A DNA stretch of 64,000 bases from a virus, in UHGV virus genome UHGV-0039337. One strand, 5' to 3'. Below the pieces are notes generated by a model. The model saw only the letters and a program-made list of their open reading frames with translations. It was not told the origin of the DNA and did no database searches. Shown in pieces: positions 28,209 through 39,424 of this stretch; positions within the stretch are counted from its first letter, which is position 1, and every line of letters starts with the position of its first letter. The translations under genes were made by a program, and so were the position numbers.

Positions 28209-31175
28209 ATGGCCTATACTGCTTTAGCTAAAGCTAGCGTTACAATAGAACTATTTGAAAATGAAGATAAATATGAAGCTATAGTAGTTTCTACTAATGG
28301 TGTTATATTACAACCATATGATACATCTACTACTCTTATAGGTACTGTATTAAAAAATAATATAGATGTGACTAAAAACATTAGTAATTTAAAATGGACC
28401 AAATGGAATCCTACTACTGATAATCTTGAAGAATGTGAAGACTGGAATAAATCTCATATTGGCTCTTCAAGTATAGTTATAACTAAAGATGATGTTAATA
28501 GTAAAAGTATATTTAGTTTTGAGGCCTACAATAATAAAAATGAATTATTGTGTTCTACTACTATATCTATAATAGATATAAATGATTTACTAACTTCAAC
28601 TACGAAACCTAGTAATCCTTATATTGGTCAGTTATGGATAGATGATACTACAGATCCTGCTAATCTATATGTATGGAATGGTTATAAATGGATAATATCT
28701 GGAGCTATAGGTGTTGTAGTAAAAAATCTTTTACGCAATACAGGTTTTATATATAATTGTGATAAATGGGATATAGTAGGAGATACAAAATTAATGTATA
28801 CCCCTGTACCGCATTCATATCTTGAACATAGATTTCTTAAATTAAATAGTGATGTACTAACAGATAGTATTCGTGGTATAACACAAACAACAATAGATAC
28901 TATAGTTCCTAAAAGTGATTATAGTCTTCAGATGTTGTTTTATTCTAAAGAAAATAGTCAGTCATATTCAAATAACATATCAGTTAATGTATATTCTGTT
29001 GATTCATCTAATAATGAAATTATAGTATATAGTAATATTATAACTGCAGAAGAAAAACTTAAGAGGATATGTGCCCGTTTTAAAAGTCTAAACAATACAA
29101 AAGCTTTTAGAGTACAAATTACGGGAGAAAATAAATATAGATTTGATTTTAATATAGCAGAATTATGTTTATACAATACTAGCAATGAATATCCATGGAC
29201 TGTTAATCCTTCAGACAATAATGAAAATCTTACTCAAGAAAACTTATGGAATATATTGTCCAATAATAATACTGTTAAAGGTATTTTTTCTATAAAGAAT
29301 TCTGAAACTGGGCAACTTGATTATTATATTAATGCCGATGCTATTATTGCTGGGCAAATAAAAGCACAATACATGAATTTGTACGGATTAAGCATAACAC
29401 GTAAAGATGATCCTAGTATTAAGACATTTGAGGTTACAGAAGATGGTTATATAAACATTGCAGTTAATGAATTAAAGATAGGCGCATCTAATAAAACTTT
29501 AGAAGATTATATAAATACAGAAATTAATATTGACGGAGATAGTATAAAAGCAGAATTACGTAATGAGTTTAATGAAAAGTATACTAAAATAGGAGCAACT
29601 ATAGACGGAATAAACACAGAGGTATCTGATTTAAAAGGCGACGCTAAAACTTTATTTGATATTACTAATAAAGGTATATATATAAAAACTAATGCAGATG
29701 GTTCTAATACATTAGTAGATATTAATAATAAAAGTTTTAGTGTTAGTTCGGAAAATATAAAGTTAGAAGGTTATACTACTATTAATGGAGGCTTTAGCGT
29801 AGATCTTGATGGTAATATGACAGCTAATAATGGTAAGTTTACTGGTACTATTATATCTTCTACTATAAAATCTGATGATACTGACGATCCACAATTTAGT
29901 CTTACTCCTGACGGTACATTAAGAGCTAATAATGTACATGTTAAAGGCGAAATAAGTGGTAAAATACCTGATTTAGAAAAGCTTGTTAGTGGAAGTGGTA
30001 AATTTACTGTAAATGAAAATGGAGTATTGGAAGCCGAAGAAGCTATTATACATGGAGATATAACTTCGGGTTCTACAATAACAGGCTCTACTATTCGTAA
30101 TGTTACTGGAACATTTAAAATAGATAAAAACGGTAATATAAAAGGTGGTTCTTTTGATATAAATGATAAGTTTAAAGTTGATTCATCAGGGAACATGACA
30201 TCTACATCAGCTAATATAGTAGGTAATATAAATGCAGGATCTAAAATTAATGGTGCTACTATATATATACCTGGTAAAGATGAAGGTTATTCAGAAAACA
30301 TATATGATATAACAATAGAAAATGGACATATGACTATGAGTAATAGACTGTATCCTGATGATCAATATTTAAATATAAAATCTAATTCTTTAAATAATCA
30401 GGCTATTAAAGATATAACTGATTCCGAAAATAAGTATGCATATAGTATATACGATGAAATGTTTTTATCAGAAGGTACGTTGGCTTTTAATAAAAGAAAA
30501 TATGATAAGTACTATGGAAATCCTTATAATAAATATGATTCTTATACATTTACAATGTGGAGCACTGATCATTTTGAAATTAACGATGGATGGATGCGTG
30601 GAAACGATTTAGTATGTATTAATAATATACGACATCAGCCAGCAGCAAAATATCAAGACTCTAACGAAGGTGATATCATATATAAAGGAGAAAGCAATAC
30701 ATTTGTAGCTGATCATTTCGATAAAGGTTTTAATACTATTGGCGATTTTAGTGGCTCAGGAATCAATAAAGGAAATGGCGTACTTACACTAGGCGATTGT
30801 GTGTTATTATATGGCTCAGCTGATTTTACCAATTTAGAAGCAGATACTCCAAATAGTAAGGCTATAAACTTTGATGATATATATGAATATGTATATAGTT
30901 CAAATCCTTTATCAGATGCTCCATATGTTACTTTATCTATTAATAGCTATACTCCTTCTATGTTTTCATGTAGTGTCGCTGATATAACAAGAAACGGATT
31001 CAATATTTACTGCAATAGTAAACTTGGTTCAGCAGTAACTGTACATTGGATGGCAATAGGTATAAGTAAGACAAGAACATTTGCTTATAAGATATACGAA
31101 AACTTTGCTACTCTTGACAATGTTCAATTAATGAGCGGTGCATATGATAAAGAAAAAGCTAAATTATTCTATTAA
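28209..31175 (+). CDS. Virion structural protein (988 aa), fibre or tail-associated
   Basis: RBS gtaggaggtgtaatt. Has the SNPYIGQLWIDDTTDPANLYVWNGYKW motif, which recurs in the 195 and 43852 ORFs. The long beta-rich C-terminus has repeated G.I.G. units. Confidence 0.8.
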   Translation: MAYTALAKASVTIELFENEDKYEAIVVSTNGVILQPYDTSTTLIGTVLKNNIDVTKNISNLKWTKWNPTTDNLEECEDWNKSHIGSSSIVITKDDVNSKSIFSFEAYNNKNELLCSTTISIIDINDLLTSTTKPSNPYIGQLWIDDTTDPANLYVWNGYKWIISGAIGVVVKNLLRNTGFIYNCDKWDIVGDTKLMYTPVPHSYLEHRFLKLNSDVLTDSIRGITQTTIDTIVPKSDYSLQMLFYSKENSQSYSNNISVNVYSVDSSNNEIIVYSNIITAEEKLKRICARFKSLNNTKAFRVQITGENKYRFDFNIAELCLYNTSNEYPWTVNPSDNNENLTQENLWNILSNNNTVKGIFSIKNSETGQLDYYINADAIIAGQIKAQYMNLYGLSITRKDDPSIKTFEVTEDGYINIAVNELKIGASNKTLEDYINTEINIDGDSIKAELRNEFNEKYTKIGATIDGINTEVSDLKGDAKTLFDITNKGIYIKTNADGSNTLVDINNKSFSVSSENIKLEGYTTINGGFSVDLDGNMTANNGKFTGTIISSTIKSDDTDDPQFSLTPDGTLRANNVHVKGEISGKIPDLEKLVSGSGKFTVNENGVLEAEEAIIHGDITSGSTITGSTIRNVTGTFKIDKNGNIKGGSFDINDKFKVDSSGNMTSTSANIVGNINAGSKINGATIYIPGKDEGYSENIYDITIENGHMTMSNRLYPDDQYLNIKSNSLNNQAIKDITDSENKYAYSIYDEMFLSEGTLAFNKRKYDKYYGNPYNKYDSYTFTMWSTDHFEINDGWMRGNDLVCINNIRHQPAAKYQDSNEGDIIYKGESNTFVADHFDKGFNTIGDFSGSGINKGNGVLTLGDCVLLYGSADFTNLEADTPNSKAINFDDIYEYVYSSNPLSDAPYVTLSINSYTPSMFSCSVADITRNGFNIYCNSKLGSAVTVHWMAIGISKTRTFAYKIYENFATLDNVQLMSGAYDKEKAKLFY

Positions 31176-31194
31176 TAGAAAGGTGGTAATATAT

Positions 31195-31881
31195 ATGCCT
31201 ATTTTAGGGAAATTAGATGAAAATGGAAATATTACTTATGCTCCTTCTATATATCGTTCAGAATATAATGTAATACCTAACTTTGATAAAAACTATCAAC
31301 TTATGATTGATATGGGATATAAACCAGTAGTAGAAGATAGTACGGATTTTGCAGGATATATAACTACTAAATATGTAGAAGAAATTAATAATACTATATT
31401 TATACGTTATAAAATAGATAACTCTGAAAAAGTAGTTAATCAATTAAAAGCAGAAAAGATAGCTCAAACTAAAGTTAATCTGGCTAACTATCTTGAACAA
31501 AATCCGTTAACATCTACTATTAAATATGGAATAGAAAAACAGTATAGTGTTACACTTGATAAACAAAGCCAGTTAACATCAACTATTCTTGATTATATGA
31601 GTAAAGCTTTATTTATTTTTATAACTAAACCAATAGGTATACATCAAAACATAATACAATATCTGGATGGTTTAAATTTTCCTCTTACATGGAATAGCAA
31701 AGGAGATACATGCACTAACTGGAAGTATTCAGAATTGTGTCAATTAAAGAACGAAATTAATGAATATGTAGCTCCAATAGTTGAATATCAACGTAAGTTA
31801 GAAAAACAAATAACTGAATGTACTACTCAGGAAGAGCTTAAATTAATAGATATAAACTTTATAAAAGAACGAATAAAATAA
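31195..31881 (+). CDS. Hypothetical protein (228 aa); position is compatible with a fibre assembly or accessory protein
   Basis: ATG at 31195 with RBS gaaaggtggtaatatat. The track's 31138 start overlaps the upstream gene. Confidence 0.65.
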   Translation: MPILGKLDENGNITYAPSIYRSEYNVIPNFDKNYQLMIDMGYKPVVEDSTDFAGYITTKYVEEINNTIFIRYKIDNSEKVVNQLKAEKIAQTKVNLANYLEQNPLTSTIKYGIEKQYSVTLDKQSQLTSTILDYMSKALFIFITKPIGIHQNIIQYLDGLNFPLTWNSKGDTCTNWKYSELCQLKNEINEYVAPIVEYQRKLEKQITECTTQEELKLIDINFIKERIK

Positions 31882-31905
31882 ATATATAATTAGAGAGGTG
31901 ATTAG

Positions 31906-34863
31906 ATGAGCTCACTTAGTCTATCATTTATAACTTCACAAAATACGGTATTTACAGACCCACCTATAATATATTTTGTAATAAGTGCTGAAGATTCAGG
32001 AGGAGAAGCAAGTGTAGATGTTTATACTTCTAAATATAGATCAACATGGATAGGAGCACTGAATGTACCAGTTTCAGAAACAGGGCATGATAGTAAAACA
32101 TTGGTATATTCTATGAGTTCAAGTGTGTGGGATGACTTTATTAGTGGAACTCATACTATATATTTTTTGTATCGTAGCAAAAATGTAACAGATGAACCAC
32201 TTGCAGAATTTACTTTTATAAAAAAATACGACGGTTCTGTCGATCCTAAACCAGATCCTGATCCTAAACCAGATCCTGATCCTAAACCAGATCCTACTGA
32301 AAAATTAGATACAAATTGGGTTGAACCAAACGATGAGTCTATAGTTAAAATGGGTATGCTTACAGATTTTGAATTCAGACTTTCTAGATCTAGAACGTTC
32401 AAAAATGATTGGTATAATAGTGATTATAATAAAGAACCAAGTAATTTTTACAAAACTAGTTGTGACTATTGTAACTATTTATTTACTACTGCCACTAAAT
32501 ATGAAAAAGAACATGACATGGAATGGAAATGGATTAAAACAGAAATAGATGGATCTGAAGCATATATATGTACATCAATGATTCTTATTAGATATCCAAT
32601 AACTTATTATTATGATAAAATTCATAATAAAACTATGTGTATAGATGGAAAATATTATGAATTTAAAATATTAACACGTGATCAATGGACGGATTTATCT
32701 ACTGATATTTTAAAAAAAATAGATTGGAATGGGTTTTATACAATTACCGATACCGACTACAATCCAGGTTCTCATGATTTAAAATATAAAATTACATATG
32801 ATAAAGAAAACGGACTTGATTCTACATATGCAGAATATGATTCGTCTAGCTCAAGTAATACTGGGCTAATTCCAGTTTTATTTCCAATAACAGATCCTAC
32901 TGGATATATCAGTCAATACGGAATTATTCATGATAAAAACGGAAATTTCGGTATAGCATTAAATGATCACGAGGGTTGCTATTATTTTGACAATGTTACT
33001 CATTCTAGTGAAAGTTGTAATTGGTATAAAACAAATATAAATGGTACAGAATTACTAGTTGGTAATGGTGGTATTATGATGTACAGTGCACCTCCCGATG
33101 TTGCTAAAACATATGAAGGCAAAACTGCATATATAAACGGAAATGTGTATAAAATTAGATTATTGTCTGAAGATGATATAAGAAATTTACCAAAATATAT
33201 TATAAAATCCATTAATTTTCTTGATTATAGACATAATGGTGTGAAGCTTTACGTATATACTACCACAACTTATGAAGACAAATGGAATTCGCCTAAATAT
33301 ATAAGATACGATAGTGCTAATGGTAAATTTGAGATACAACCATATGCAGCTAGTTCTATAGATCCGCAACCATATCCTTCTTTTGGATTAATGGTAGGTT
33401 TGGAATATATAGGATCAGCTCCTAATCAAATTAAATTAGGAGCTCTTAAAGATCTCAATAGAGATACAGTTTACTCTCCAAAAAAATATACAAATCAAGA
33501 ACTTTATGGCAATGAGGAAACAGTATATAATTATAATTTTATAGATACTGATGATGAAAGTAAAAAATGGTCTTGGATAGAAACTACTTTAAATGGAGAT
33601 CATATATTAATATCTAAATTTGGTGTAGGTCCAGCTGGATATGAATCTATATTAAATAATACTTATAAATTAATAGGAAGAAAAATTACGCTAGAAAACA
33701 AACAATACGAAATAATTAATTTATCTAGATCTGATGTACAAAAATTAGATTTTAGTGTTTTGAGTAGTATGGATTTTGGTTATAGCAGTAGTGCCCAATG
33801 GCATGATTTTACTAGTGAAATTACACCTTCTCATGATCCTAAATATGTAACTACTTTTAGTTTTTCTTGTTATCGTATTTTTGGAGAATTTGGACTTGAA
33901 TTTGTAGAAAATAACAGAGAAATAACTAGTTATTATGGTAGACATGCGTATTATCCTGTGCTTAAGTTATTGAATCAGCCTCCAACTATTTCAGAACAAG
34001 ATAAGCAACTAGAAGATAAAGTGAAACCATTTACTGTTTATTATTCTGTTGATGATGAAGATGTAGATGATAAGCTTACTATCACAGAAAAATTAAACGG
34101 CACAGTATACAGAACTATAACTAATGCCGTAAGAAAAAGTCAGTATTCATTTGAAATAAACAGTAGTATGTTTTCTAACTTAAAATTATATGAAATGAAT
34201 ACTATAGAGATTACAGTATCTGATGGTATGTTTTCTACAACTAGAACTTATATTTTTAGAAAAACAAATACTGCTCCAACTATTAATTATTCTGGAAGTG
34301 TTAACTTAGGAAGTATAACTTCAAAACCAACTATTGATTATAGCGTACATGATGCTGAAGGTGATGAAATAACGGTTACAGAAAGACTTAACGGTAAAAC
34401 TATACGTACTTTTACTACTACTTCTGATACTTCTTGTACTGTACAAATTTCAGATGATGCATGGCTTTCTTGTGGTAGTGATACAAGTACGGTAGAAATT
34501 ACAGTAAGAGATGATGTTGGAGGATCAAGTAGCAAAACTATTACTTTTAATAGAAATATAGACAGAATAGAAGCAATAACAAAGCCTATCGAAACTACAA
34601 ATGCAGTTACAAAAATATCATTAGAAATAGACTGGGATACAACTAATGCTTCAGGTAAAGTTTTTGTTTGCAATAATGGTTTTGATGATACTCCTACTTG
34701 GGAAGATATGACTACTTCTATCGGTCTTAATAATGCATATACTTTAACTAATAATACTAAAGTTGCCGATAAATGGGGTATAAGCGTTAAAGTCACAATT
34801 AAAAAAGATGAAGGAGCAACTAACGAAGTAAGCTTATATAGTATTAAAGGCACATATCAATAA
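31906..34863 (+). CDS. 985-aa giant structural protein with PDPKPD linker, repeated ~90-aa W.WIKT domains and tandem Ig-like domains
   Basis: RBS tagagaggtgatt. The domains EWKWIKTEIDGSEAYI... and KKWSWIETTLNGDHILI... are shared with the 38232 and 39425 proteins. The C-terminal tandem repeats V.Y.V.D.D.D.LT..E.LNG. are shared with 39425. Confidence 0.8.
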   Translation: MSSLSLSFITSQNTVFTDPPIIYFVISAEDSGGEASVDVYTSKYRSTWIGALNVPVSETGHDSKTLVYSMSSSVWDDFISGTHTIYFLYRSKNVTDEPLAEFTFIKKYDGSVDPKPDPDPKPDPDPKPDPTEKLDTNWVEPNDESIVKMGMLTDFEFRLSRSRTFKNDWYNSDYNKEPSNFYKTSCDYCNYLFTTATKYEKEHDMEWKWIKTEIDGSEAYICTSMILIRYPITYYYDKIHNKTMCIDGKYYEFKILTRDQWTDLSTDILKKIDWNGFYTITDTDYNPGSHDLKYKITYDKENGLDSTYAEYDSSSSSNTGLIPVLFPITDPTGYISQYGIIHDKNGNFGIALNDHEGCYYFDNVTHSSESCNWYKTNINGTELLVGNGGIMMYSAPPDVAKTYEGKTAYINGNVYKIRLLSEDDIRNLPKYIIKSINFLDYRHNGVKLYVYTTTTYEDKWNSPKYIRYDSANGKFEIQPYAASSIDPQPYPSFGLMVGLEYIGSAPNQIKLGALKDLNRDTVYSPKKYTNQELYGNEETVYNYNFIDTDDESKKWSWIETTLNGDHILISKFGVGPAGYESILNNTYKLIGRKITLENKQYEIINLSRSDVQKLDFSVLSSMDFGYSSSAQWHDFTSEITPSHDPKYVTTFSFSCYRIFGEFGLEFVENNREITSYYGRHAYYPVLKLLNQPPTISEQDKQLEDKVKPFTVYYSVDDEDVDDKLTITEKLNGTVYRTITNAVRKSQYSFEINSSMFSNLKLYEMNTIEITVSDGMFSTTRTYIFRKTNTAPTINYSGSVNLGSITSKPTIDYSVHDAEGDEITVTERLNGKTIRTFTTTSDTSCTVQISDDAWLSCGSDTSTVEITVRDDVGGSSSKTITFNRNIDRIEAITKPIETTNAVTKISLEIDWDTTNASGKVFVCNNGFDDTPTWEDMTTSIGLNNAYTLTNNTKVADKWGISVKVTIKKDEGATNEVSLYSIKGTYQ
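32242..32295 (+). repeat. Three perfect 18-bp tandem repeats (gatcctaaaccagatcct) encoding DPKPDP linker units
   Basis: The exact triplication is seen directly in the sequence. Translation is DPKPDPDPKPDPDPKPDP. Confidence 0.95.
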
Positions 34864-34946
34864 TAGTTATTGATATTTAAATATAAATATTTTATCAATA
34901 TAGACCTGTGTAAATAATAAAATGGTCTATAGAAAGGAGGATATGT

Positions 34947-37900
34947 ATGTCTCGTTATTTGTGGCCGTTAGGTAGTAATTACAATAATGAATATATGGAT
35001 ACTGATGACTTCTTAAAAAATTGCCGAACAGTTGATAAACACGGAAATTACGTTAATATTAAATGGAGAGTACAACCAGGTTTTGTGCCTTTTAACTATA
35101 TAACTAATCATTATCCGCTTGAAGGACAATCAGAACAAATAGAAGCTAGTGGTATTTATTCAGAAGAAGGATTAGCATTAGATCCTTTCTTTAGAGGTTA
35201 TTACTTTTCAGATGAATATATGAGTGTACACGCTGAATCTCGTAAGAGAGTATTTGGTGGAGAAGGAGTAAGGTTAACAAAGCTTTACTATAGAATTAAT
35301 GATAATAAATGGATGGAATTATCTCCAGGATTAAAATTTATAGATTTCAATCTAACCAACAATGGTGATAAAATAGATATACAAGCCACTTATCAGGTAT
35401 GGACAATGGGTAATCCCCATAGTCCTATTCCGTTTATGTGGTTAGGAGATGAAGGCGGAGTTTATAATGATGGTAAAAATAAATTTACCGACTCTGTACC
35501 GATAAACCCTGGTAGAAAATATTCAGGTATGATTAACTATCATAAAGGTAAAGATTACAATGCAAGTTGGAAATTAAAAAATGTTAGTTGGTACGCTCCA
35601 GGTTCTACTATGTTAGAATCAAACTGGGCTTATCAAAACTCAATATTTTTTAGAAATGAAATATATAAAAAACATGGTAAGTATTTAGATACATGGAGTG
35701 AAGAATTAAACTGTCAAAAATTCAATGAAGAATTTATGGATGCACCTCCAGGATATTGGACTTTTAGTTGGAGTTCTGGTTGGAACTATAATTACAGTAG
35801 ATATAATACTTATGACACTACAAGTAAATGGTGGAAAAGTCCATATAAAACTAGAAAAGGTATATGGTGGGTTTATGAAAAAACATATACTGATTCTTTC
35901 GTAGCTTCTGATTTATACAGTTATTCCAAAAAAGAAAAAGTTAAAGATGTATCTTTTAAAGTATTGCCAATGGATAGAAATTGGACAAGAACAAAATGGC
36001 TTAACGGAACAAAAGGACAAATAGTTATTAATTTTAAAGGGCCATATGAAGCTTTTGTTGATATATATGCAAAACAATTGGTATACTCAACAGAAGTAGA
36101 GACACTATTAAAATCAAATGTTCGTATAACTAGTTATGGTGATAATAAAATAGATATAAGGTTTACGGATTATCCTGAATTGTATCGTTCTAAAGATATA
36201 GTATATTATATTAAAATATATCCTTCCGATGTAAACGATAAAAAATGCGAATATGAATTAAGCGATATATCGTATTTATCTCTTCTTAAATATGGTTCAC
36301 ATTATTATAATGATGAACCACCATGGATATCAAATGTACAAATAAAACGTATAGATAGTGCAGACGATATGCCTAAAGATTTTGATAAAAAAATCGATTA
36401 CGATTATTACTGGTCAGAAAATGAACGCATAAATGAAGAATGGATTAAGAATAAAGAACTGTATCAAATAACTTGGGATATACCTAAAGATCCGGATAAT
36501 GATATTGTAGATTATACATATATTACTGATAAAGGTAATTTAAGTGATGTAACCTTTTCTCCATCAGAAAATTATACAGTTGAATATGGTAGACAAAATG
36601 ATTGGACTTTGAGATATAGAAGAGGTCAAGAAGAAAGCAGTAATGAAAATGCAACTTTACAAGATGTGCAAGAAACAAATATAAAATATGATTCACGTAA
36701 AGAAAAGCTATATTCAAAGGATAATTTTGCATTATATCGTATACCATCTAAACGTTTTATTAAAGACGATAAAGGTAACTTTATAGATCCATTAAATTTA
36801 TGGATAATACCACACGATGGTAATAATAATAATTATTATTATGGTACTAGAGTAAATTTACTACATGTAGATAAAGCGCCAATAGTTTTAGAGGTACTAG
36901 ATAATAAAAATGAATTGAATGATGCTGGCAAACTTAAATTATTTCATGGAAATTATATAAATGCAACAGTAGATATAAAGATTCATTTATTTATGTCCGA
37001 TAAACCTCATGATAAGAGTACAGGTAAATATCTGGGAACAATTTATGAAGGTAAATTAGAGCCAGGATATACTACTAAAACTATAAATGCATATAGTAAA
37101 ATTAGCAATAATAAAAGAATCAAAAGAGGACACTATATTAAGTATGCTATAGAGTGTAAAAATCTTGATCAAAATTTCGATCCATATGCTACTGATGCAT
37201 GGGATTTAGCAGAAGGATATCATTTATTCAACTGCTTACCAACACCAGTAACTCCTTTTATATGTGAAAATAAAATAAATTTATTTGAAGATAAAAAAGC
37301 AACAATAGCATGGAATGAATCTATAGATAATGATAATGAACCTGTATCTTATATACTATATATAGCAGCTGTTAATAAGCCAGAAATGAATAAGTATACT
37401 GATCATTTTTGGATTAATGGAGATCAAGATGAGAATTATGAAAAGAGAAAATTCTGCAAAAAGGTAGATGTAGGTACAACATTGCCTAGTAAAGATTTTC
37501 CTTATCAACTTGATTTATCAGAATTTGAAGAGAACGACGGCATTAAAATATGGATAACTGCTAAAGATAATACTAGTTCTATTAGATTCTTAACTGGTAA
37601 TACGTTAGATATAAGTAATTTAAGTGTTCGTTTATATCCACCTCAAATTATAACTACTGATGCAAGAGCCATAGGATTATTAGGAGAAGACATGATTGAT
37701 GGAGATAGTGGATATGTTAAAGTATGTCAAGTCAATAATGAAGCTGAATTAGCTACTGTTACATTACATGCCATATGTAAAAAGATGAGCGGACCTGAAA
37801 AAGGTGATATGAAATTATTTGAAAATATAGCTACATGGAATCTTAATAGTGGTGAATGGTCACCTAATACTAAGATTAATTTTAAAGTAGCATTTGGTAA

Positions 37901-38195
37901 AGAATGGTCCAATAGTGAAGTAAGATATTTTGCAGTATCTACTACTAAATCAGGATTAAGCAGTTATGATTCAGATGAAATTACTACTGATGCTTATGAT
38001 ATATGGATAGATGGACACGTATATAATGAAGAGCCTAATGTATCTATCATAAGACGTAATAAACAAAAAAGTAACTTACATAAAAATGCATATATAGATT
38101 GGAGCTATATGATAGATGAACGCTTCACTGATAAAAATACAATTACTATAGTGGATGGAGCATATAATCCTGTAGTACCTAAGTTATTCTATTAA
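34947..38195 (+). CDS. 1082-aa giant structural protein with FN3-like modules
   Basis: RBS gaaaggaggatatgt. The GSHYYNDEPPW motif and the PxxP...W...D.D...Y fibronectin-III-like segments are shared with the 39425 protein. Confidence 0.8.
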   Translation: MSRYLWPLGSNYNNEYMDTDDFLKNCRTVDKHGNYVNIKWRVQPGFVPFNYITNHYPLEGQSEQIEASGIYSEEGLALDPFFRGYYFSDEYMSVHAESRKRVFGGEGVRLTKLYYRINDNKWMELSPGLKFIDFNLTNNGDKIDIQATYQVWTMGNPHSPIPFMWLGDEGGVYNDGKNKFTDSVPINPGRKYSGMINYHKGKDYNASWKLKNVSWYAPGSTMLESNWAYQNSIFFRNEIYKKHGKYLDTWSEELNCQKFNEEFMDAPPGYWTFSWSSGWNYNYSRYNTYDTTSKWWKSPYKTRKGIWWVYEKTYTDSFVASDLYSYSKKEKVKDVSFKVLPMDRNWTRTKWLNGTKGQIVINFKGPYEAFVDIYAKQLVYSTEVETLLKSNVRITSYGDNKIDIRFTDYPELYRSKDIVYYIKIYPSDVNDKKCEYELSDISYLSLLKYGSHYYNDEPPWISNVQIKRIDSADDMPKDFDKKIDYDYYWSENERINEEWIKNKELYQITWDIPKDPDNDIVDYTYITDKGNLSDVTFSPSENYTVEYGRQNDWTLRYRRGQEESSNENATLQDVQETNIKYDSRKEKLYSKDNFALYRIPSKRFIKDDKGNFIDPLNLWIIPHDGNNNNYYYGTRVNLLHVDKAPIVLEVLDNKNELNDAGKLKLFHGNYINATVDIKIHLFMSDKPHDKSTGKYLGTIYEGKLEPGYTTKTINAYSKISNNKRIKRGHYIKYAIECKNLDQNFDPYATDAWDLAEGYHLFNCLPTPVTPFICENKINLFEDKKATIAWNESIDNDNEPVSYILYIAAVNKPEMNKYTDHFWINGDQDENYEKRKFCKKVDVGTTLPSKDFPYQLDLSEFEENDGIKIWITAKDNTSSIRFLTGNTLDISNLSVRLYPPQIITTDARAIGLLGEDMIDGDSGYVKVCQVNNEAELATVTLHAICKKMSGPEKGDMKLFENIATWNLNSGEWSPNTKINFKVAFGKEWSNSEVRYFAVSTTKSGLSSYDSDEITTDAYDIWIDGHVYNEEPNVSIIRRNKQKSNLHKNAYIDWSYMIDERFTDKNTITIVDGAYNPVVPKLFY

Positions 38196-38231
38196 AATAA
38201 AATATAAATAATATGGAGATGATAAGAAAAA

Positions 38232-39413
38232 ATGAGCGGCAGTATTTCAGTAAACGGTTCTACATCTTTGGGGGTAATAACAAGTCCCCCTTCTTTTTCA
38301 TTCGATATAACTAGCAATAAATCAACAGGAGTTAATTATTATTTAGATGATACATCTTATTGGGTAGGAGGGCAAGCTATTGGTTTTGATGAATGGGGCG
38401 GTGGAACTACTACAAGAAACGAATCAATGTCTCAATCGACATGGAATAATCTTGAAGATGGAGAACATACTTTATATATAAAAGGTATTAATGGTGAAAA
38501 TACAGCAAGTATAACGTTTATAAAGAATAATAGTAATGCTCCTGATCCATTACCTCCTTCTTATAATCCACCTGTATATAATCCACCTATATATGATCCA
38601 TCTTCATGGTATTATCCTCATTCATCTGACACTATACCTCCTCCTTCATATCCTAACTTTAAGGATAATGAAGTAGTAAAAATGGGTATATTATGCAAAA
38701 TAACTAATCGTAATGGAGAAATTAAAACAGAATACATTAAACAAAATAAAAATTATTATGAAGATTGGGATATTAATACTATCCCTCGTTATAGAGATGG
38801 TTCAGTTATATCAGCATACGAGAGTGGTCCATATTGGAGTCGTGAACAAATTAAGTTTGTAGATGCAGATAGTTCCCTTAATGAATGGACATGGATAAAA
38901 ACTACTATCGATAAGAAAACTTTTTTAATTTCTACTACTTTTGCTCCACAAGATTATTTATATCCATTAAATGAAATCATAGTATCATTAAAAGGTACAT
39001 TGTTTAAGCTTAGATCATTAACTTCAAAAGAATGGTTTAAAGTTGATAAGTCAATATTGGAGAAAATTGACTGGGATGGATATTATACTCCAACTAGAAC
39101 ATTTATGGGAAAAGATGATAGCTATTATAACTTTTTGCTTGATTATACAGATGATGAATTTAATAAATGGATGGATAATAATTTAGTTAAACTAAAAGAA
39201 GAACATCATGAAGCCATAACATATATTCCTGAAAAAATGAAATCACAAGTAATATCTTCTCGTGTTTCAAAATGGGAATACTTTTCAGATTATTTGAATT
39301 TTAGCACAGTATCTACAGCAGTATCATGGATACCAGTATTAGAATTAATTAATACAAGTCCAAGTATAGTATTACCAGATAAAGATAAAGAAGATAAAGT
39401 AATACATTTATAG
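38232..39413 (+). CDS. 393-aa structural protein with a Pro-rich linker and the shared W.WIKT domain
   Basis: RBS atggagatgataag. The linker is PDPLPPSYNPPVYNPPIYDP. The domain NEWTWIKTTIDKKTFLISTTF...KIDWDGYYTPT is paralogous to 31906 and 39425. Confidence 0.75.
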   Translation: MSGSISVNGSTSLGVITSPPSFSFDITSNKSTGVNYYLDDTSYWVGGQAIGFDEWGGGTTTRNESMSQSTWNNLEDGEHTLYIKGINGENTASITFIKNNSNAPDPLPPSYNPPVYNPPIYDPSSWYYPHSSDTIPPPSYPNFKDNEVVKMGILCKITNRNGEIKTEYIKQNKNYYEDWDINTIPRYRDGSVISAYESGPYWSREQIKFVDADSSLNEWTWIKTTIDKKTFLISTTFAPQDYLYPLNEIIVSLKGTLFKLRSLTSKEWFKVDKSILEKIDWDGYYTPTRTFMGKDDSYYNFLLDYTDDEFNKWMDNNLVKLKEEHHEAITYIPEKMKSQVISSRVSKWEYFSDYLNFSTVSTAVSWIPVLELINTSPSIVLPDKDKEDKVIHL

Positions 39414-39424
39414 GAGGTGATATA

